Of a DNA stretch of 64,000 bases, positions 10,748 to 23,288 are shown piece by piece; the stretch's first letter is position 1; the number at the start of each line of letters is the position of its first letter. Origin of the DNA: an uncultured delta proteobacterium (GTDB lineage Bacteria > Desulfobacterota > Desulfobacteria > Desulfobacterales > QNYZ01). Location: contig CAWJQU010000008.1 of NCBI GenBank assembly GCA_963845145.1, positions 32,001 through 96,000 on the forward strand, read 5' to 3'. Under the pieces are notes generated by a model that was given only the letters and a program-made list of their open reading frames with translations, did no database searches and was not told the DNA's origin. Both the position numbers and the translations under genes were made by a program.

Positions 10748-12988
10748 TTACTTATACTCAAAAACCGGTTTACCATCCTTCATATCGACAAATACCACGC
10801 CGCCTTTTTGAAGCTCACCAAAAAGAATCTGGTCTGAAAGGGGTTCCTTGAGTTCCGTCTGAATGACCCGGCTGAGGGGCCGCGCACCGTAAGCTGGGTC
10901 ATGGCCTTTTTCCGCCAGCCACTGCCGTGCCGCCGGCGATAAAATAAGAGATGTTTTCTTTAAAGCCAGTTGATCATTGAGTTCGCCCATGAACTTATCC
11001 ACAATACGTTCCATGATGTCTACATTCAAAGACCTGAACGTAATAATGTCATCGAGTCGATTGCGAAATTCCGGACTGAAAAATTTTTTAACGGCAGCCT
11101 GGCTTTTATCGGCAGCCCCCTTGCGCTGGTCCCCGAATCCAATAGTGTGGGCACTCATTTCCCGTGAACCGGCATTAGAGGTCATAATAATGATGACATT
11201 TCTAAAATCCGCTTTGCGGCCATTGTTGTCCGTAAGCGTCGCGTGATCGAGAACCTGTAAAAGAATATTGAACAGATCGGGATGCGCCTTTTCGATCTCA
11301 TCCAGCAAAAGGACACTGTGTGGCTGCTTACGAATGCCGTCAGTCAACAGGCCCCCCTGGTCAAATCCGATATACCCGGGCGGGTGCGCCGATTAGCCGC
11401 GCCACAGCATGCTTTTCCATGTATTCACTCATATCGAATCGCAGGAATTGAACATCCAGCAACTGGGCGATCTGGCGCGCGACTTCCGTTTTGCCCACCC
11501 CCGTAGGGCCGGTGAATAGAAACGACCCCACCGGATGACCTGCCGTACGCAAGCCGGCCCTGGAACGCTTGATGGCTGTCACTAGGGCATTCAGAGCCAC
11601 ATCTTGGCCGAAAATCACCGATTTTAAGCGGTCTTCCAGGGTTTGGAGTTTCTCCCTGTCGCTCGTGGTCACGCTTACCGCCGGAATACGCGCCATTTTG
11701 GCCACAATTTTTTCGATATCGGCCGGATGGATTTTCCTGCCGGCGAGAGCCGCCGGAAATTCGTATATAGGCCCCCGCCTCATCGATCACATCGATGGCC
11801 TTATCCGGCAGATAACGATCATTTAAGTATTTGCTGGAAAGGGATACAGCCGACTTCAAGGCCGGCTCGGTATAGGTGATATCGTGGTGCGCCTCATACC
11901 TTGACCTCAATCCCTTCAATATCCGATATGATTCAGATTCAGTCGGTTCAGAAATTTCAATTTTCTCAAACCGCCGGGACAGGGCCCGGTCTTTTTCAAA
12001 ATGATTTTTGTATTCTTCGTAGGTGGTCGATCCGATCACCCGCAGATCACCCGAAGAAAGCGCCGGTTTTAATATATTGGAGGCATCCATTGTACCACCG
12101 CTGGTAGCCCCGGCACCGACGATGGTGTGGATCTCGTCGATAAAAAGAACGGCATCTTCCTTTTTCATTAATGCTGAGATCACGCCTTTTAAACGCTGCT
12201 CAAAATCACCGCGAAACTTGGTGCCCGCCAACAGACCGCCCAGATCAAGGGCGTAAATCTTAAAATTTTTAAAAAGTTCGGGGACATCGCCCTCATGAAT
12301 TTTTAACGCAAACCCTTCGGCCATGGCGGTTTTCCCAACGCCCGGGATCACCCACGAATACGGGATTATTTTTTCGCCGGCGACATAGCACCTGAACCGT
12401 TCGTTCCAACTCCGCGTGGCGCCCGATTAACGGATCGAGTTTTCCCTCGGCCGCCAATTGGACCAGATCCGCCGTGTATTCGGCCAGGGGATCGTTTTTT
12501 TTCTTGCGACTGCCCGAAGCTTTATCGGGCGCATCCGGTTTTGAACTCTCGCCGGGTGCGGCGGAAACCTCATGGGTAATATAATTGACCACATCGAGTC
12601 GCGAGATACCCTGGGAATTTAAAATAAACCGGGCATGGGACTCTTTTTCCAGAAAAATGGACGCAATAATGTCACCCACCGATACTTCGTCTTTTTCAGC
12701 CGAGCGGGCATGGTCCACAGCCCGCTGAATAACCCGCTGAAAGCCCATGGTCTGTTGCAAAACATATTCACGCTCTTTGGGAATATAGGTAATCTGCTCT
12801 TCGAAAAAGGATTCCAACGCCATTTTTAAGCGATTGATATCGCCGCCGCAGTTTTCGAGGATATCGGCGCCTGTATTATTAAAACAAATTGCAAAAAGGA
12901 CATGTTCGACGCTGACATATTCGTGACGCCGTTTTTTGGCCTCTCTGACCGCCATGCCGAGTGTTTCGCCCAGTTCTTTACTGATCAT
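10748..12988 (-). CDS. clpA: ATP-dependent Clp protease ATP-binding subunit ClpA (frameshifted into 4 ORFs)
   Basis: Clp-N (RHEYVSVEH), [20 protein letters not shown], second [19 protein letters not shown] and [12 protein letters not shown] across ORFs 12293-12988, 11425-12351, 11361-11783 and 10748-11347. Confidence 0.93.
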
Positions 12989-13311
12989 GATTCATCTTTC
13001 TCCATGATGCATTTGAGTGGAAAGCCATTTTCTCGCGCCAAGTGATGAACCGTATCGACTTTGGTCTCCGCAATTTCATAAGTGTATATTCCGCATAACC
13101 CCGCCCCTTCGCGATGTACTTTCAACATAATCCGTTCCGCCTCATTCTGCGATTTGCCAAACACCAGGGCCAGAATTTCCACCACAAACGCCATGGTAGT
13201 ATAATCGTCATTAAGCAAATATACCCGGTACATGGGTGGATGCTGAACTTCATCCTCCGACTCAGTGAGTACATCTCCTTCAATTTCAGGGTGATAAGGG
13301 GGTTTACTCAT
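12985..13311 (-). CDS. clpS: Clp protease adaptor ClpS
   Basis: [28 protein letters not shown] and FPLKC; stop overlaps the clpA start. Confidence 0.96.
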   Translation of the reverse strand: MSKPPYHPEIEGDVLTESEDEVQHPPMYRVYLLNDDYTTMAFVVEILALVFGKSQNEAERIMLKVHREGAGLCGIYTYEIAETKVDTVHHLARENGFPLKCIMEKDES

Positions 13312-13443
13312 AAAACACTTAAACAGTCAATAAAGGCTTTTCTCCAGTCGATGAATACGGTTTGCTGTACGCTTCCGGTTGTTTATCTCCCCTATTTAAT
13401 AATCACTCTCACCCCGGCCTTGTAAAGGGGGCGGCCATGGTGT

Positions 13444-15975
13444 TTACTGTCCACAGCACTTTTTATACTTTTTCCCGCTACCGCAAGGACATGGGGCGTT
13501 TCGCCCCACTTTCTCATCTTTACGCTTGATTGGCTTACGTTTGGCTTGTTCGGCGTCGCCACCTCCGGAAAATACGAGGTTTTGCTCCTTGGGTTTGTGA
13601 ATCTCTTCAATTTCATTCGGATTGGCAATGGCGATACGATACAAAATGCCGAGGGTCTCCTCGTTGATGCGATCCATCATATCGGCAAACATCTCGTATC
13701 CCTCTTTCTTGTAAACAATCAGGGGGTTTTGTTGCGCATACCCCCGAAGGCCGATTCCCTCCTTAAGATGATCCATGGAGAGCAGATGGTCTTTCCACAT
13801 GTTATCAATATTCTGCAGCAATACGTAATGTTCCAGACTTCTGAAATCCGCCTCACCGATCTCTTTTTCTTTCTCCCTGTAGGCGGCCAGGGCCGCTTCC
13901 TGGATCATTTCCGTCAGGCCGTCCGCGTCCAGGCTTTCCAAGGTCTCGTCATCAGGACGCTTGAAATGAAGATTAAATTGTTTGTAAACCGCCGTGTCGA
14001 GTGCCTCAAAATCCCATTCTTCAGGCGGCACTTTATCCTCGACAATCTGGCTGGACAGTATCTCGCCCCTTTCAAAAATCATCTCCTCTATGTCCGTTTT
14101 CAGGCTTTTTCCCATCAGGATCTCGCGCCGCCGGCGATAGATGACCTCGCGCTGCTGGTTCATCACATCGTCATATTCAAGGAGTTGTTTTCGAATTTCG
14201 AAATTCTGGCCTTCCACCTTGCTCTGGGCATTTTCAATGGCCCGGCTGAGAAGGTTATGTTCGATGGGCTCGCCTTCGCCCATACCCAGTTTTTCCATCA
14301 TGCCGGTCATGCGTTCGCCACCGAAAATTCGCAGCAAGTCATCATCCAGGGCCAGATAAAATCGCGAAGAACCCGGATCTCCCTGACGTCCGGCACGACC
14401 TCTAAGCTGGTTATCGATACGCCGGCTTTCATGCCGTTCGGTACCGAGAATCCGTAAGCCCCCCTTCTCAACCACACCCTCGCCAAGTACAATATCCGTA
14501 CCCCGACCAGCCATGTTGGTAGATATGGTGACGGCCCCCGGCTGACCCGCCTGGGAGATGATTTCCGCCTCTTTTCCATGGTTTTTGGCGTTTAGCACAT
14601 TATGCGGTACACCTCTTTTCTTTAATTTACGGCTGATATCCTCGGACACATCAATGGAGATGGTTCCCACCAGCACCGGCTGCCCCATTTTATTGAGCTC
14701 GATGATTTCATCCATGGCGGCTTCGTATTTCTCGCGCTTGGTTTTATAAATGCATCGGGATCATCGGCCCGAATCATCGGTTTATTGGTGGGGATAACAA
14801 CCACATCGAGATTGTAGATCTTTTTAAACTCGGCCGCTTCGGTATCGGCTGTACCGGTCATGCCGGCCAGTTTGTCATACATTCGAAAATAGTTCTGAAA
14901 GGTGATGGTTGCCAGGGTTTGGTTTTCGTTTTCGATTTTGCACGCCTTCCTTGGCTTCCAGGGCCTGATGCAACCCATCACTGTATCGGCGTCCCGGCAT
15001 CAGCCGGCCCGTAAATTCATCGACAATGATCACCTCGCCGTTCTTGACGATATAGTCTACATCGCGTTTGAATAAAGCGTGCGCTTTTAAGCCCTGGTTG
15101 ATATGATGGAGAAGATCGATATATTTGGGGTCATATAAATTATCGACTTTGATCAATTTCTCCGCCCGGGCAACCCCTTCCTCGTAAGCGTCACATTGCG
15201 CGCCTTTTCATCGATGGCATAATCTTCATCACGTTTCAGCCGGGGAATGATGCCGTCCACCTGGTAATATAGATGTGTCGCTTTTTCAGCCGGTCCGGAA
15301 ATAATCAGAGGAGTCCGGGACTCATCGATCAGAATACTGTCCACTTCGTCCACAATGGCAAAATTGAGCTCACGCTGGACCAGCGTCTCCCGATCAAATT
15401 TCATATTGTCCCGCAGATAATCAAAACCGAATTCGTTATTGGTTCCGTAGGTGATATCGGCCGCATAGGCTGTTTTACGCTCATCTTCGTTCATACCGTG
15501 AATAATGGTGCCGACACTAAGTCCCAGAAAACGGTAGATCTGCCCCATCCATTCCATATCCCGGGTTGCCAGATAATCATTAACGGTGATGATATGAACC
15601 CCTTTTCCGGACAGGGCATTCAGATAAGCGGCCAGCGTGGCCACCAGTGTTTTACCTTCACCGGTTTTCATTTCGGCAATTCTCCCCTCATGCAGCACAA
15701 TACCGCCGATGAGCTGAACATCAAAATGCCGCATTTCCAAGCGTTCGCCAAGACGCTTCTCTGACCGTGGCAAATGCTTCCGGCAAAAGGGCTTCCAAAG
15801 ATTCACCTTTGGCAAACCGTTCTTTTAAAACAGAGGTCTGGCCTCTTAAAGCAGTATCATCCAAGGCACGAATGGTATCTTCAAGCGCGTTGATCTGATC
15901 AACCGCAGCGCTCATTTTTTTTAATTCCCGTTCATTTTTACTGCCGAATACCTTGGTTAGAAAATTTCCGATCAT
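13444..15975 (-). CDS. secA: Preprotein translocase subunit SecA (frameshifted into ~5 ORFs)
   Basis: [57 protein letters not shown] and C-terminal [13 protein letters not shown]. Confidence 0.96.
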
Positions 15976-16297
15976 GTATGGCCCGCTCCTTTAATAAAGG
16001 TTTAACTTATAGATCAACGGATTGTCCGAAAACCCATCTACCGGCGATCTTATATATCATGGGTAAAAAACCGGCGAGAATCAACCGAAAATTATATAAC
16101 AGCACTGATTGGCGAGTGTGAATAAAGGATACGCTCGGCATGGATTTTCGAAGGGTAAGCCCTGCGGGTGTTGAAAAACGAACGCCACGTTTAAGGCTAC
16201 AAACTCAAAACGCAAAAGAAAACCCCCATAAATTCAACACGATGTGGTCATTTAAGGGGGATCTTCAGCACCGGCGGCACGCGTTATTAGCCGCCGA

Positions 16298-17281
16298 TCA
16301 ACTGTTAGTTAAGAAAAAACTTTTTAGGATTGACCGGCACACCTTTTTTAAGACTTCATAATGGACATGGGAGCCGGTGCTGCGGCCGGTGCTTCCGACC
16401 AGTGCGATGGCCTCACCTCTTTTCACCCGGTCTCCCTTTTTTTTCAAGAGTTTCGAAATATGGGCGTATCGCGTCGTATAGCCGTAGCCATGATCGATCA
16501 ACGATCATTTTACCAAAAGACCCCTCCGTCCGGCAAATTTAATAACACCATCAGCAGTGGCTACAATAGGGTCCCTCTGGGCGCCCCGATGTCATAACCC
16601 TTTATGGAATTCCCGTTTATTGGTAAATTCAGAATGACGGTATCCAAATTTCGATGTTGTCCTGCCCCCTTAACCGGACGGATCGAAGGTGTGCAGGCCA
16701 CCCGTTTTTGTTTTTCCAGCAGTCCGGTTAAGAAGGTCTCTGATCTCCTCGCCCTGCCGGATCGATGTCAGTTTCAACTGGTCCGCCTGCTGATGCATCT
16801 CATCTATCAGTTGACCGTGCTTTTTCTTCAGATCAATGTCCGTATGGATATCTTCCGGCAAGGGCCCCCCACACCAAGGTTCTTATCCTCACCCTGGTTT
16901 TTCCAATTTCGTCCGTATTTCTTGATAGCCGGGTCGCGCTTGATGTCGGCAATTTTCTCACCCGTTTTTCATATCCTTTTCAGCGCACTCAGATTTTCGT
17001 TTCAACCATATTATTTTTTCAGCGAAACGCTTGGATTTCCTCCCGCTGATCGATTATTTCTTCCTGTTGGGAAGTGATGACAATGCCTCCATCACCTTCA
17101 TTTCGGCCATGGTCTTATTAAGTGTCGGTAATCGTAAGACATATAAACTGCGGAGACCAGACCCACAATAAGAAAGCCGATAACGGTCAACGATATATTT
17201 TAATCATTTTTTTGGAGGTGACATACTGACGGGAGGCCGATCCCTGGTGGTTAAAATAAGAAAGGATATTTTATCATGCAT
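16298..17281 (-). CDS. M23 family peptidoglycan metallopeptidase (heavily frameshifted)
   Basis: C-terminal IDHGYGYTTRYAH...GSTGRSTGSHVHYEV; fragments upstream with a TM/coiled-coil region; typical neighbour of secA. Confidence 0.75.
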
Positions 17282-17460
17282 TGTTATCCTTTTTTCCTCC
17301 GCAATTCGGTTACATGAAATCGACTGATTCAAATTAGTGATCTGTCCGATTATTGATCTAACCAGGAAGTGATCTACGCATGATAGTTAGCGGCCGCTCG
17401 GACAAATTCTTGCTTTCCAAGGCGGCCGGGTCGAATCATGCTGGAATCACCGATTAGCCT

Positions 17461-18368
17461 TTAGGCAATTCCCTGACTGAATTTAAGCGATTTTAGGGTA
17501 TTTTTCATCAACATGGTGATGGTCATGGGGCCGACACCACCGGGTACGGGTGTAATCGAGCCGGCGATCTCCTTGGCGGCATCAAAATCGACATCCCCGC
17601 TGAGAATTGCGATTTTTTTGCCGGTTTTCTCGCTGATCTTTTCGCCTATCCGGTTAACGCCCACATCAATGACACAGGCACCCGGTTTGATCCATTCCGG
17701 TTTGACCAAGCCCGGATACGCCGGCGGCCACGATAAGAATGTCGGCCCGCTTGCAATGGGCGGCCAGATCCTGGGTGCGCGTATGAACCACCGTCACGGT
17801 TGAATTGGCCCCGGCCCTTTCTGAACCATCATATTGGCAATGGGTTTACCAACAATATTAGATCGCCCCACCACCACGACTTCCGCACCGCTGGTCTCAA
17901 CCCCGGCCCGAATGATCATCTCCTGAATACCCGCCGGTGTACAGGGCGGATATTTAACCTCGTCGCCCCCAATCATCAACGGCCGACATTGACCGGATGA
18001 AATCCGTCCACATCTTTATCCGGGTCAATGGCATTTAAAACCTTCTTATCGTCAATATGTTTCGGCAAGGGAGCTGGACGAGAATCCCGTGAATAGCTGT
18101 CATCGTTATTGTATTTATCGATCAGGGCAAGCAGGTCCTCTTCGGAGATCGTTTCCGGCTGATTTTCCTGGATCTCCTTGAATCCGAGCCGGTTCGCCGT
18201 TTTAATTTTCAAGGTAACATAGGAGATCGAAGCCGGACTCTCTCCCACCAGAATCGTCACCAGGCCAGGCACGACACCGTGTTTTTCCTTGATTTCTTTT
18301 ACTTCAGCGGCAATTTCTTCTAAAATTTCCTCCCGGATCTCGGTCCCCTTGATCAATTTTGCGGTCAT
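17461..18368 (-). CDS. folD: Bifunctional methylenetetrahydrofolate dehydrogenase/cyclohydrolase (frameshifted)
   Basis: [39 protein letters not shown] and [12 protein letters not shown] across three or more frames. Confidence 0.93.
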
Positions 18369-18514
18369 CTCCTCGCTCCTTTCCAAAACTGTTAACGGTT
18401 ATATTAATATCAAAAATTATTCCATCTCAGATGTTTCATACCGCCACTTACCTATGCGATGATCCGGCCGATGTCAAGCCCCCTAACCGAATTAATTTAT
18501 ACAACAAATCGATA

Positions 18515-19569
18515 TTAACTTAAACATTTCATAAGAGGCCGGGGTACCCCATCCAGGCCGGCCGTTTCTTCAAGCCCACACATCAGATTCATGTTCTGGA
18601 CAGCCTGGCCGGCAGCGCCTTTGCCCAAATTATCAATGGCGGAAATCAAAATCAGCCGGTTGCAGCGCCGATCGATTTTAAACCCGATCTCGCAGAAATT
18701 GGTACCCTTGCACATGAAGGGTATCCGGCAATTGGTCATCGTCAACCAATCTGATAAAAGGCTCGTTTTCATATGCGCTCATAAGCATTTTTAATGCCGG
18801 CTTGTGAAATACCGGCATTTAAACCGGCATAGATCGTCGTTAGCATCCCGCGGGTCATGGGAACCAGGTGGGGTGTAAAGGTGACCTGAAGCGATTGACC
18901 GGCAACATCACTCAGGATCGCCTCAATTTCCGGGTTATGCCGATGCGAGGCAACTTTGTATGCTTTAAAGGATTCATTCACCTGGCAATAGTGGGAACCC
19001 AGAGAGAGGCTTCGCCCGGCACCACTCACGCCCGACTTTGCGTCGATGATAATTCTATCGGCATCAACCAGGTGATTCTTTAATAGCGGAACCAGCGGCA
19101 AAAGCGCACTGGTGGGATAGCAGCCCGGATTGCCCACCAACGCTAGCTGACGGGATATTGTCACGATACAGTTCACAAAGACCATAAACTGCCTGATCAA
19201 GCAAATGTGCCGGCTTCATGCGGCTGATAATGCGCTTCATAGACGGCCTGGTCTTTAAACCGAAAGTCGGCGGATAGATCGACAACCTTTTTACCATTAG
19301 CGATCAATTCCGGTACAATGGACATGGGGATTTTATGCGGTAATGCCGTAAAAATCACGTCCGCCTTCTCGCACAATGCTTCCATGGAGAGCGGTTTCAC
19401 ACACCAGATCGATGCAACCCGCAAGTGATGGATACACCCGGTCAAATGGCGTTCCTGCATATTGCCGTGAAGTAATCATGGTCAATGTCACACCGGGATG
19501 ACCGGCCAGCAGCCTGACCAGCTCCGCACCCGCATAACCCGTTGCCCCCAAAACTGCTGCTCGAATCAT
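18515..19569 (-). CDS. argC: N-acetyl-gamma-glutamyl-phosphate reductase (frameshifted)
   Basis: [35 protein letters not shown] and [17 protein letters not shown]. Confidence 0.93.
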
Positions 19570-19785
19570 TTTGTCACCTAATTTTATGACTTTTACCATG
19601 AAAAAGTATGGCTCTGTTTAGCAAACCCAGCTCCGATTATCAAGTATGCGCCTCATGCTCCGAAGCCGATTCTCAACATAAAGTAAATCACCTCAATGTT
19701 TGGGAAAGTTATCCTTTTTATTCGATCTTTTCGGGAATTCTGGGTTTCAAAAAATGACATAGAAAAGACACAAGGAAACGGTTCC

Positions 19786-20571
19786 ATGAAAATATTAATC
19801 GGCGGCAAAGGAGGCAGCGGCAAAAGTACCCTTTCGATTCTTCTGGCCAAAGCCTTGAAATCCGCCGGACATCCGGTTTTATTGGTCGATGCGGACGAAT
19901 CGAATCTCAGCCTTCATCGTCTTTTGGGCGCACCCGCCCCGGAAAACCTGATGAAGGAAATGGGGGGCCGCAAAGGCGTCCGTGAAAAATTGCCGAGATC
20001 TAAAGCGTCGTCGTCTGATGATCGCCTATTCGCCAAAGACGGTGACCCTGGAAGATCTCCCGGATGGCTGCCTGACCGAGGTTGATGGAATAAAACTGCT
20101 GGTAATGGGCAAAATCGAACAATTTGGTGAAGGCTGCGCCTGCCTGATCGGATCCTTATCCCGAACACTGTTGTCGAAACTTCAGGGGACAGATCATATG
20201 ATGTGATCATCGACGCCGAAGCCGGAGTGGAACACTTTGGGCGACGTGTGGATGCCGCCTGTGATCTGATTATCGGCGTGGTGGACCCGACGCATGAATC
20301 CTTTCCAAATGGCCAGCCCGCATGTCCCAGATGGCCGCCGCGGCCGGTGACCGATATCCGCTACATCCTGAATAAAGTGGATCACCGGGTGGCACAGATA
20401 ATGGCCGAAAACGTGGATACCACAAAGGTCATCGCCCGTATTCCCAACATGGATTCCATCTTCACGGCCAGCCTTGAAGGCCGCTCCTTGGGGATTGATT
20501 CGCCCGAGATTGCCGAAGTGGTGACTTTTCTTGACTCTTATCAAAAGGAAACCCATCTCAATGTTATTTAG
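19786..20571 (+). CDS. CooC/AcsF-like nickel-insertion ATPase (frameshifted)
   Basis: MKILIGGKGGSGKST, VDADES, GEGCAC metal motif and DAEAGVEHFGR. Confidence 0.85.
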
Positions 20572-20712
20572 TGTCCATCCAGAAATGGCATCTTTTAGCC
20601 CCAGCCGGCGTTCTCAGGATTTCGCCATCCTCGACGTAGCGCTGCTACGACTGCGGTTACAAAATCCCTGCGGCCTTGGCTGAAACCAAAATCTACCAAT
20701 TCTGGACGGACA
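20572..20712. mobile_element. MITE/REP-like element with terminal inverted repeats
   Basis: Ends tgtccatccagaaatgg / ccaattctggacggaca (15/17 match); internal palindrome cgtagcgctgctacg; intergenic. Confidence 0.6.
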
Positions 20713-20751
20713 GTCGTTAGCTTATACCCCTTATAAAACCAGGAACCGGGA

Positions 20752-21279
20752 ATGGATAATAAAAAAACAACCGATGTTTCCCAGGGTACAATCGCTGAAT
20801 GGTTCGAAAAAGGCGTTCGGTCTTTTAAAAAGCCTGATGGCGTTGCGGCGGTCAAGGCATTTAGGAAGGTCATCGCATTGGACCCGGCCTACCGGCATAG
20901 CGATGGTGATAACGCTTTTTTCTATCTGGGCAAGATCATGGAAGTGGAAGGCGATCTTAACGAAGCCGTGACCATGTACACCCGCGCCCTTTCCATCGAT
21001 TGCTGGGACGAAGAGAGTCTCATCGGCCGGGGAAGCTGCTATTCGGTCCTAAACCAGCCGAACAACGCCATCGCCGATTTTAAAAAAATACTCTCCATCA
21101 GCTCCCACCACCGCCGCGTAACCCTCGACCAGGTCTACTATGTCATCGGCGAAAATTACCGCAAGCAAGGCCAATGGCCCCAAGCCTGGAAATGGGGCAA
21201 AAAGGCCCAGGCCGAAGAGCCTCAAAGCGATCGCATCAATCAGTTGGTGGATGAGGCTACGGCGTGGTTGGAGAAATGA
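20752..21279 (+). CDS. Tetratricopeptide repeat protein
   Basis: Repeated TPR-like helices (AFFYLGKI...AVTMYTRALSID; LIGRGSCY...AIADFKKIL). Confidence 0.8.
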   Translation: MDNKKTTDVSQGTIAEWFEKGVRSFKKPDGVAAVKAFRKVIALDPAYRHSDGDNAFFYLGKIMEVEGDLNEAVTMYTRALSIDCWDEESLIGRGSCYSVLNQPNNAIADFKKILSISSHHRRVTLDQVYYVIGENYRKQGQWPQAWKWGKKAQAEEPQSDRINQLVDEATAWLEK

Positions 21280-21557
21280 CAGGCGATCCGTTGTGGTGCC
21301 AAATGGTGTTAGCGTTTGCGAATGAGTTCGATCTCGTGCTAAAAGACAAATAACATTCTCCGTTTCATTTCACTTAAGTGAAGAGGTACCGCCAAACAAC
21401 CAATTTTGCAGCTTGTCCTAAATGCGACGCAATAAACATGATCCCATTCGACAGCCCAATGACTCAAAAATATTTATCTTAGCGCGCTGATCTTTAATAA
21501 CATTTCAATTGATTTGACCTGAACTCGACCAGGTAACATTCTGACAGGAGACGTATC

Positions 21558-21854
21558 ATGCTCGATCATGTTGAATTCGCCCACGTGCTCTATGGAAGTG
21601 ACATTCAGCCCGAAGAGCAAGCCGGTTTAGAATTGATGGAATCAGCCATCATTAAAACCCTTTTAGACCATTCAATAACACCAAACCTTATCTGGATGCA
21701 GGGCGTTAGCCCTGGCTCACGCTCTCTGCAACTTTTTGCCATCGTAAAAGGGGACGCCCGGCCTCTCGTGGAGATCCTGGCGGATCAAATCGATACCCTT
21801 TTCGAAGAGGAACTGGTCTGCCTGATTAACGAAAATATTTTAAATCACTGGTAA
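21558..21854 (+). CDS. Hypothetical protein (tandem paralogue 1)
   Basis: 98 aa, AGGAG RBS; gap-free alignment with 21969..22265. Confidence 0.75.
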   Translation: MLDHVEFAHVLYGSDIQPEEQAGLELMESAIIKTLLDHSITPNLIWMQGVSPGSRSLQLFAIVKGDARPLVEILADQIDTLFEEELVCLINENILNHW

Positions 21855-21968
21855 ATGTTGATCACACTCAAAAGCCCAACTGCTCAATAGCTTCTCATCT
21901 TAACATACCGTTCTTTTACAATATTAGATTTGATCTCGACCTGGCAACGTTTTGACAGGAGGTGCACC

Positions 21969-22265
21969 ATGTCCGCTCATCACAAAATTACCCAAATTAT
22001 TTACAGCAGAGAAATTCGGCCCGAAGAAGAAACCAGATTAAAGTCGATGGAACATGCTATTATCAAAACCCTTTCGGATCATTCAATTCCACCGCGACCT
22101 ATGTGGACCACAAATAGTAGGTCCGGCCCACGTTCCCTACAGCTCTATGCCTTTATAAAAGGAGCTCCACAGGCCCTCGTTGAGATCCCGGCAGACCAAA
22201 TCGACTCACTTTCAGAAGAGAAATTAATCTCCCAAATCAAGGTATATATTTCAAAAATCTGGTAA
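21969..22265 (+). CDS. Hypothetical protein (tandem paralogue 2)
   Basis: 98 aa from ATG 21969 after AGGAGG; about half the residues identical to paralogue 1. Confidence 0.75.
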   Translation: MSAHHKITQIIYSREIRPEEETRLKSMEHAIIKTLSDHSIPPRPMWTTNSRSGPRSLQLYAFIKGAPQALVEIPADQIDSLSEEKLISQIKVYISKIW

Positions 22266-22384
22266 ATACGAATATGGTTTCCACTCGACAATAAATCCCA
22301 AAGGGGACTGAGCAGTGGTGTAAATGAATCACGGAAACAAGAATTCATTGCTTTTGGTGGTATAAGAATAAATAAGCAATCAAG

Positions 22385-22440
22385 TAGCTAAAACTAATTC
22401 GCCGACGCAAAAACCGCGCAGCTGATTAGCCGCGTTAAGT
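22385..22440 (+). other. Degenerate integron attC-like site
   Basis: ctaattcgccg...cagctgattag imperfect palindrome ending in GTTAAGT (GTTRRRY core); left core degenerate. Confidence 0.4.
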
Positions 22441-22460
22441 GTAAAAACTTCAGTTTGAAA

Positions 22461-22800
22461 ATGAAAATAATAAAAGCATCAGATCAGAGATACAAGATAT
22501 AATCAAATTAAGCTCATTTTTCAAAGAATTCATAGTGATACTCCCTCTGACATTTTTAAACCAATTGGTAACGATTCAGAGTTGGAGCGTTTTTTAGAAA
22601 GATCTTGAAACAAGAATCAAATCATTCATACGTAGCATATCAAAATGATATAGTGGTAGGCTACGCGTGGTTGCAGCAATCAGACACTATACCATGGTTA
22701 TTGCTTTCAAAATACGAGTAGACGGCAAATATACTCCATCAAATCGCCGTTCATGAAAAGTATATAAAACAAAATGTTGGGAATAGCATTATTCACTGCC
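22461..22800 (+). pseudogene. Degraded GNAT-like acetyltransferase remnant
   Basis: Broken frames include VVGYAWLQ and ILHQIAVHEKYIKQNVG, which resemble GNAT motif A; low GC. Confidence 0.4.
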
Positions 22801-23288
22801 GAGGTCTTCATGTGAATCAGCAATGCTAACCAATTGATCACTTAGAATAAGATTCGTGGGCATCTCAATAGAGATGCTCATAAATTTCCCAAAAATGGGT
22901 CTATCCAAACACGACAATGCTGGAGTAAACCGTTTTAATCGCATAACAGGTGTGACACAGGTGGGAAGTCTACAAAATAATCTGCTCAATTGTAGCCTTA
23001 ACCCACAAAATAGAATAGATAAATTAGCAAGAAAACAATCATGTTCAATACATCACTATTATGCCTTTAATTGCTTTGGTTAAATAATGACTTTGATTAT
23101 TCAAATAAGAACAGGGAAACCAAAGGCGATATTCTAGCATATGACCTTTGACAATTTAAGTGCCAAAGACAGAGACTCGACCATCCCACCAAATGACTAT
23201 CAGAAACTATATATCATAAATTTTTTAGTTTTTCCTGAAGGAAAAAACACGTGACAGTTATCACTCGTGATAATTTATATCAAATGAC

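Noticed and set aside
13546..14457. 303-aa plus-strand ORF
   Set aside because: Antisense shadow of secA with no recognisable motifs; the same applies to most short overlapping ORFs in the track
10748..19569. Programmed frameshifting or true pseudogenes in clpA, secA, folD and argC
   Set aside because: Too many breaks in conserved or essential genes and clustered in one segment; sequencing error is the simpler explanation
20595..20873. 92-aa minus-strand ORF
   Set aside because: Spans the MITE-like repeat and is antisense to the TPR gene
21294..21310. attL/attR copy of the tRNA-Leu 3' end
   Set aside because: Only 7 bp (tggtgcc) match; not significant
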